A DNA stretch of 64,000 nt from the human T2T-CHM13v2.0 reference genome, Homo sapiens. Location of the stretch: the NCBI RefSeq assembly GCF_009914755.1, contig NC_060925.1. The stretch is one strand, 5' to 3'. Below, piece after piece: positions 55,776 through 64,000 of this stretch. The position numbers and the translations under genes were made by a program. Within the stretch, counting starts at the first letter, position 1; each line of letters opens with the position of its first letter. The notes under the pieces were generated by a model that saw only the letters and a list, made by a program, of their open reading frames with translations, searched no databases and was not told the DNA's origin.

Positions 55776-56849
55776 ATAGTAAAATAATATTCTTAACTAC
55801 AATCTTATTAAAAGGTTATTACCTAGAGTTTAAGCTGTGGGGTTATTTCCATTTGCACAAAGTGTGATAGAAATTTGGCTCTGTAGTTCCTAGCAGCCAA
55901 TGTAAGAGTAAAACAAAAAAGTTTGTAAGTATCAAAAGATTTATTTACTTAAATATAAGAACCCTACAATAATGCTTCCAAACTAGGGTTTGCAGAATTA
56001 CCACAAGGGCTCTGTCTGTCTAAAAGTCCCCCAAGCATTATCTATTGTTCAAATAAATGAGTTGCACATGTGTGTACTTTTATTTTTAAAGGCATATAGA
56101 TATTGTATTAATAAAACCAATTCATCTAATTGTATTGTTGAATTTATACTTTTTGCCAGTAAGCATTTTCCTAATAGATGGACTTAACTAAGAACATCAG
56201 AATGGTGAAGAGCATTGTGTTAATACAATTCATTGTCTTATTTGTTAAAAAAGTTGAAAAAGTATTGCTGAGAAAAAGGAAACAAGTTAACTTTTGTTAA
56301 AGGTATCTCTTGGTTTTCACTGTCCTTTCCCTCATCAGTAGCGCCAAGAACATCTTAAGTCACAGAAACATTAGTTTTTGGAAGCAGGGTTTGCTGTAAC
56401 TATAGTAGAAATGACATTCTGATTCCACTCCTAGCTTCACAAGGATATCTGTGAAAGATTTGGGGCAAAACTGTTAAGCTGTCTGAAAGTGCTTTTGCAT
56501 AAGAAATGGGTTTTACTGCTAAAACTGTCATATTGCTGAGTTTTGAATGCCCTAATGGTAAATGATACTGGGTTGCCAAAAATAACCAGATTAGTAGTTT
56601 TTTCATTCATTTGGCCGTCTCAGTAAGTCAAATATTGATACTTTCTACTAAGTCATCTTGCCAACACCCATTTTGTTATACTTATGCTGAATCTGTTTGT
56701 CATCTCTTAAGTAAGAAAATTATTGATTATTTTGTGGGGATTTAATTTAAAAAAAATGGTAATGGATACTGTAAAGGAGCATTATTTGGATGGTTTAAAA
56801 ACATCTTCCTTGATGGGAAAATCTTTTAAAAGGCTTTCTAACTTGGTGT

Positions 56850-57060
56850 AATTACTTGAATTAAGGAAGTGCAATGCCATTCTACTGACTTAGAACAACT
56901 TTTTTGACTTCCTGCAAAGAGGACCCTTACAGTATTTTTGGAGAAGTTAGTAAAACCGAATCTGACATCATCACCTAGCAGTTCATGCAGCTAGCAAGTG
57001 GTTTGTTCTTAGGGTAACAGAGGAGGAAATTGTTCCTCGTCTGATAAGACAACAGTGGAG
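56850..57060 (+). promoter_or_regulatory. PTPRC proximal promoter (TATA-less, no CpG island) with ETS/PU.1 and GATA motifs
   Basis: AAGGAAGTG 56863-56871, ACTTCCTG 56907-56914, inverted GAGGAA/TTCCTC pair 57023-57038, TGATAA 57042-57047; position at exon 1. Confidence 0.7.
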
Positions 57061-57061
57061 A
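56931..57061 (+). other. PTPRC: PTPRC non-coding exon 1 (proximal, 1b-type); 5' end approximate
   Basis: Matches the recalled PTPRC 5' UTR (GACATCATCACCTAGCAG...GACAACAGTGGAGA). Donor AGA|GTATGC at 57062; intron 57062-57149 is 88 nt. Confidence 0.85.
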
Positions 57062-57149
57062 GTATGCATTTATTTATTTACTTTTACATTTTTGATTCGT
57101 TTTTACAGAGAAAAACTTCTACAGAGATAACAATTATTTTGCTTTTCAG

Positions 57150-57291
<142 letters not shown>

Positions 57292-58687
57292 TAAATTATT
57301 TTTTCTCTTTTGGAGGAATGTTTGAAATAGACATAAAAATAATTTAAATGTGTTGGTAACTGGAAGTGAGAAGCCTGCTGTAAACCATCAAGATTGTTGT
57401 CTCAGGGAGACATAGCTAGTTGTGTGACAGAATACATTGTTTCTGTTTACAAAGACATAAATGTTTCGGGACAAAAAATACAATTTTAAAAGGAAAGCAA
57501 TGTCTATCTGTATCTTTATTTACAACTGTTCAAAGATATTACAAAAGCAACATTATTACTTAACTTCCAAAGTGACAATAACACACATTTATAAAAGCCT
57601 GAGAATTTTTTAATGATAAAATAAGTGAGTTTTTATTCTTTTAACAAATTTGATCTTTTAAAAAGTCATAAAACAGCTTTGGTTGTATGTAAGCCACTCC
57701 CTCTTTTCAGACCTGAAGTTTGCTTCCTCAAATTTTGAATTTAATTGACATATTTTATTGAATACTTGGGTATATAATAGTTCAAAAATATATTGAGATA
57801 TTTAGTAAAATATTAACTTTCTGCAATTTTTATCACAGAATGTATTTTAAATCAAGTTTTTAGTTTCTTGTTAATAGTTTTAATACATTTTTGCTTTAGA
57901 AATTCTTGTGGAGCCACCGCCCTTCCTGGGTGGTGGGTAAATATTACAGCCTTGATGAGATAGAAATATTTAAACTCTTAAAAATCATGCAAATGCTGTA
58001 TTCAGTAGGAAAATGCAACTAGTTGGACTTCCAGTGCCTATTAAAGTTTGAAATCTTTGCACATTTATGGTCTATTCAATGGATAGTTCTTGAGCGGCGT
58101 CAATATGAATCATGAGTACATTTCAATAGATTATAGAATGTAACTAATAATTAATATTTAATATTTCTCTTTATGATGTAGTATCTAAAAGGACATTGAA
58201 AATAAAATTTTTGTAGAAATTCCAAAAAGTATAAAAAGTATTTTAAAACAACTTGCTTATTACAATTCACTTTGAAGTCTTTTTTTGACTTTTACCGTTC
58301 TTCTTTCCTCTGAAAGTCAGGGAAGTAGCTACCTCTTGAGCATGTTACATTGACAATTTCTATTTGGAGAGGAAAGAAAGAGGAAAGAAAAACAACATAA
58401 GATTTTTGTTGTTGTTGTTGTGGCTGTTTTGCTTTTTATTGCAAAGGTGAATTTTTTAAAAATCTATATATTTGCAGCATTTGTCTTAGTACAGAAAATG
58501 TTTATCAAGTTACCATCCCTTTAAAGCTTATGATAATAAAAAGTAAATTATAAAGAATAATAATCTCAATGAAGTGATATATGTATATTATCACAAATCA
58601 GAACAGATTTTCATTTAAAATTCCCACTCAGGAAATGTCGAAAAGCATTTTTAAATGAGCATAAAGAAATACTGAGACATTTTGTAA

Positions 58688-58846
58688 GCCAGAATATTTT
58701 TCTTCTCTTCATATTCATTTAACTTCTATTATTTTCTTCAGGTCTAGCTCCATTGCTTTTTATTCCAGGCAAACTTCCCAACCTCCTGAATAGACCAAAT
58801 ATCCTATTATATGCTTAAATCAGAGTGTGAAATATTTCCTTTGTGA
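58688..58846 (+). repeat. Direct repeat, copy 2, in PTPRC intron 2
   Basis: TTATTTTCTTCAGGTCTAGCTCCATTGCTTTTTATTCCAGG...TATATGCTTAAATCA is shared with 53822-53915. Confidence 0.95.
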
Positions 58847-60281
58847 ATAAAAATTCAACTCATTCTATTACAGGATGTTTTTTTAACCATAAGACACATC
58901 TTTGAATTTATAATTGAAATAATATGATGGGGTCTAGAAACCTTTATATCAACTTTGCTGAATGATTTATACCATAGCAAATAAATGGATATACATAAAT
59001 TTATTTTGAAAACTCAAGTTTATCTTCAGTTGCTCACATAAATATTGAGAGCAAACATTTTTCTAAAAGACATTTGTAGACTCCCTGAGATATATGCTTA
59101 TTTGTGGAAAAACATATACAGATATAATCATTTGTATCTGCAAATATTGTTTATAATCCTTTCAAGTTGCAAGAAACATTTTGTGATTTAATGTATAATT
59201 TGGAAAATTCTTAATGCTTTAAATTATTTATTTTTCTTTTTTAGCAACAAATGAGTTGGATTCTATGTTTCATTTTAACGTGTTAAAATTAGTTTAGTGC
59301 CTACAGGAAATAATAAACTTTTGGGGAACAAAATTTATATTGTATGCTGTAAAGGCATAAAGAAATAGAGCCAAATGTAGAGAGCCATCAATGGTAACTC
59401 TATGCATAATTCAAATATTTTATTTAATATCTAAAATGCACACACGGACAAGGCCAAAGTTAATCTTTGCCACGGCAACAACCAGGCAGGGTTCAGTTTT
59501 ACTCAAGACTTCCTAATCCTCTTGCTCTGTGCCTCTTTGCCATGGCAACTGGAAGCCAAACTTTGTTTAGAATTTCTAAATAATGTTAGGGGACAATGAT
59601 GGTTTTAAGAAGGCAGGTGAAGGTGAGTGTTCTCTGGTTCTAATAAAGTTGTAATGCCAGGCAGATCTACCACACTATAGCATGGCAGTTAGGAGTATAT
59701 GAGTTATGGTATGTGAGGTATATGATGAGTTTTGTTATGAGTCATAACAGTTAAGACTCATTTCCTGGACATAATTCTTCATTTTTCCATCTGTATTAAA
59801 AATATATATCTCATGTTATAAACATGGACTGTGCCTTGCACATCACAGACATTCAATGAAAATTATTTAATTGAATTTGGTAAGCAGTCCTATTAAGTTC
59901 TAAATACTCCATAATTTAGAGATTTGGGAATGTGATTAGAATTACTTATTAATTTGAAAAAAAATGTCCTACTAAAAACCTGCCTGTGACCTTTATCATT
60001 GCTAAAGTTTGAAATGTACTTTGTTACAGGAAAGACTACGGCTAGGGCCTATATTATCTTTTTCTCTTTTGTTCTGTGTAAGTAAGTATAGGGGCAGAGT
60101 AGTTAGCTTGAACTTAGTTCTTTCTTTGTTCTGGACTATTTGCTATCCTCTCACCAGTGACAATTAACCAGTATAGAAATATAGATGTTTCTACATTGTT
60201 CATATACTTGAACATATATTTCTTTATGTAGATACTAACACAGAAACTAGTTATATATTTGTGGGTTATATATACTAGTCA

Positions 60282-60336
<55 letters not shown>
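60282..60336. repeat. (ATCT)~13 / (GATA)n tetranucleotide STR
   Basis: Direct read; perfect run. Confidence 0.95.
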
Positions 60337-60819
60337 AGTTCTCCATGTTTGTCTATTTGGCGTTCCCATGAACTTCAGACCTTCGCCTGTGTTCTCTTTT
60401 CTCCATTTGGTTACGTATCATTGCCTACTATGTGTTGATCACTCTGATTCTCCATCTCTAGACTCATCCCTCAGAAACACGGAACTTACTACCTTTCCTA
60501 AATCCAGACATTAACATGCTCCCCAAGTCCTGAAATTTTGCTTTGTAATAATCTCTAATAACTTCTTGCTTTGACACCTCCATTGCCATCATCTTAATTC
60601 ATGGCTTTATTATTTCTCACCTGTAAAATTGTAATAGTTTTTTTAATCAGTCTGAAGTCTCATCCTTTTTTTAATGTAATCTACAGCTTAAAAAGTAAAA
60701 TAAAAAGTGAAGGGTTACTGATTTCTTCTCATTGCCTTTGGTATAAATTCTAATCTTTTTTGCCAGAGAAACTGGTTCCACTAATGATCTGGGGGCTAGG
60801 CCTGGAGCTGGGAAGGGAT

Positions 60820-60839
60820 CTTTTTTCTTTTCTTTCTTC

Positions 60840-60902
<63 letters not shown>

Positions 60903-60920
60903 TTTTCTTTCTTTTTCTTC
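60820..60920. repeat. (TTTC)n microsatellite / polypyrimidine tract
   Basis: Direct read. Confidence 0.95.
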
Positions 60921-63384
60921 TATGATTGATTAAAAGAAAACAAACAGGAGGTAGTTTTAACACCCACCTCTATACTTTCTCAAGGTGTTTAAGGTTCTGG
61001 GCAAATCCTACTTCTTCTATTATGTTCTCTTATGTCACTTTTGCCACAAAATATTTCCATTGAATTGCACACTTTTTATCACCTTTTCTTGGCATTTTTC
61101 AAGTCATTTCAATCTGCTCTTTTTTGTGATGATGATTGATGATGATGATGACATGTGAATTAGTGGATTTCTTGACATTGTAACCTACATGAAATCAGGT
61201 ATAGGAGACACAAAAGGCATAAACTCATAGTTCCCATACCTAATTTTTCACCAGACACTGAATAAATCATAGATTAAAAAAATAAAACTGCATATTGTAG
61301 TGACAAAGGAAAGGAAAATTTTCAAAGAGGGAAGTCAAAAAGAGGGAGAATATGAGATAAAAAAATTAACCAGAGGCGAAGTGGGAGGATGAAGACAGCA
61401 GGACTATTTTGTCCAGATTAAATTAAGTTGATTTTGGATCTAGATGTTTACAGTCTTGCCTTTTTGTTTTTGTTTGTTTGTTTGTTTGTTTTTTCTTTGC
61501 TCCCTTTCTTACTCTCCTTATCTCACCTCTCGTCTGGAAAGAGCCTCCTGACTTCCTAAAAGTTCATAGTTTGAGAATGTTTTTCCTAAATTTTCTTTGA
61601 TCTGCTCTTTGGACATTCTAGGTAATGTAATTTGGAGGGTCAATTTTATTTTTCAGATACACATACCCATAGGAGAAAAAGCAAGGAATGGGAGGGAAAT
61701 ACAAATGTAGCGGAGTGATAACACAAACAGATCAGGTCCAGTCATGGCAATTGCTGGTTTGAACACTGATGCTAGTGCTCTGGGATTGCTTGCAAGGGCA
61801 GATGGAATATGGTGCACCCTAGGTGTTGCATTATTTGCACGACAAAAGTTTGTAGAGAGCTGGGAATAATTTCTTTACAGACAGTGTGGTGATGAATGTC
61901 AATCTGAGTAGGTAAGGGGCAGAGATTTGTACTGAGGTTGATTCATTCTCTTGGTAAATACACAATGTTCACAAAGGCAAGGTTTCATCTTCAGACCATG
62001 TGTGTATATGTCACCTTGGTGCAGAGAGAGAAATTTTTCATCAGTGCTGACCTTTGATTTTTTTTTCTAGACATCTTATAGATTTATGTAGTTATTTACA
62101 TGGGAAACAATTAGAATGGAAATTTAACATATCTTCAGTTTAAAATTAATTTCTGTCTAGTCTAAATATCTTTGTAAGTACTAGATACTCAATCCCATAG
62201 CAGTGGCCTTTTACCAAAGGCTTAGTGCTATGACTTTTGCATACATAAAGACCTCACTTTTTAAGATATGATACACCAGAAAAAAAATATGGCAAGACTT
62301 TAGCAATATGATTTGATGCCTATTTCTATATAATACCCAAATATACAGGAATAAAAATTATGGCAATCACTGGATTTTGTGTACCTGGCTCTAACCAATA
62401 TTTATATTAGAAAATATCTAATTATTGTCTAAAATATTTAATCTTCATTCCTGTTTGTATGTCAGTGTGCTACTTCAATATCAGTCTGTTAAAAGAGTCT
62501 AGGAATGACTACTATAAGCAGAGAATTATATGTTCAGGAATCACAACAAAAAACAAGAACAAATAGAGAAACAAAAGCTTTCCTACTCTTTCATCTAGGA
62601 CAAGAATAAATACACATAAAGTCAATATTAGTGAAGTAAACAAGCATCTTCTATATCCATTCATAGTACCTTCAATTGATTGATTTCTTAACAGACAATC
62701 AGCAAAATTATCAGTTTTTATTAGAGATTTTAGTAGAGACCGAGCTTAAACAAATAAATTCTATGGTGCTTAACTCTATAGTATTTAAAGATTCAATATT
62801 TATTTCCTCTAAAAATGAGTCAAGTGTCTGAAAGGAAAAAGCCACCTAACTGAAACTTCAGTTTCTACTATACAGGGTATTTATTATAAAACTGTAATTA
62901 CAATGCAATTATATTGAAGTATAAATGATCATCATTCATTTATTTAAGAATATAATCAAAATTTGCATACCTGGAAGAAAACCATCCACCCTCCAAAATA
63001 GGGATTTGCTAATGTAGGAGTAGAAGGCAAAAGTTGAGGGTAACTCAGGTAACACACTCATACGTATTAGGATATGAACAGCTGGTATAGCAAACTTGAT
63101 AGAAATCACTGATAGACAAGAAGACATTCTCTGCATTTTAAATTAAAGTACAATTTGTCTGTGGTCATTCAAGAGATAGTTTAGAGAAACCTATACAAAT
63201 AACAATGATGCTAAGAGACAATATCAAAATCACAATAAATATCATGGCAATACAGTGTGGCCACTATATTTTAAACACATCCACTTGATGAAAAATATAA
63301 TAATTTACTGATAAAACATATTAAGCATAATAGAAAATGAGGCAGAAACCACTCCAAGCTGGGAAACATCATGACATCTGTAGT

Positions 63385-63525
63385 GATAAATATTTTGAAA
63401 ATCTAACTCTATGAATCTTGTGATTTTTAGCTAAATCAATTTTCACCCTTGAGACCCAATTTCCTCATCTATAAAGTGTTGTAAGCATTAAAAGTTATAA
63501 TATTTGTGAAAATGCTTTGAAATTA
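63385..63525 (+). mobile_element. MIR fragment
   Basis: gacccaatttcctcatctataaagtg...aatatttgtgaaaatgcttt. Confidence 0.6.
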
Positions 63526-64000
63526 TGTGATACTCTGAGAAGTAAATTTTTTCATGTGAGCCCATGAAATCAGAGCACATAGCCTTTTAGCATAAACTTG
63601 ATTCCAAATGATATCTCTTCCTTTCAGACACTGTGAGCAGATAAAGGGATAGTTTAAGGTTAAGTGATAGAGGCATAATCCCTTATAGGCCTTTGAATTC
63701 TTTTAACTTTGCATTCTTTATTTCAGAGATTTTTCAGGCTTCTCCAGATTCTACAGTCTAAATAGTTTGTAAATCCACACACTTCTACTTTGCCAGGGAT
63801 TTCTTAGTGTAAAAATATCCTGAAGTCTCACCTGCCTTCAATCCTTACTGTGTCCATACCCACCATTACCAGGATAATCTTTGTAAAAGGCAGAACTTAC
63901 CTTTGTCCATTCCTCTTTTAAAAGCTCCTATTGGTAGAAAATATACTGAACCCGTGATTTGATACCAAGTATGTTTTGGCTCAACTTTTATGAAAACAAA

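Noticed and set aside
57062-57149. Short intron starting GTAT, possible U12-type
   Set aside because: The donor is GTATGC, not GTATCCTT, and a normal pyrimidine tract is present, so it is U2-type.

Overview
AT-rich, repeat-dense primate (human-like) genomic DNA. It covers about 57 kb upstream of PTPRC (CD45) and the 5' end of that gene on the + strand. The only coding sequence I can support is PTPRC exon 2 (57193-57265, [24 protein letters not shown]|G, the signal peptide). It is preceded by a non-coding exon 1 (ending 57061) and an 88-nt intron, and followed by intron 2. Most of the rest is retroelements (old L1s, one SVA, one young L1 fragment, Alus, L2, MIR, MaLR/ERV LTRs) and DNA-transposon relics. 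The supplied ORFs are repeat-derived or chance ORFs. I found no evidence for a new gene system. The best leads are structural and regulatory: (i) an MST/THE1-type MaLR provirus with an internal inversion and a 13-bp breakpoint duplication; (ii) a twin-primed L1PA with an apparent 3' transduction; (iii) SVA and L1 insertions with target-site deletions, one with its pre-insertion state preserved in an adjacent tandem copy; (iv) a ~155-bp near-identical direct repeat bracketing the PTPRC promoter and exons 1-2; (v) two uORFs, one whose stop overlaps the first PTPRC ATG; (vi) ETS/RUNX/IRF and RFX motif clusters that are candidate haematopoietic enhancers. Repeat subfamily names come from recalled consensus sequences, and their boundaries are approximate unless a TSD is given.
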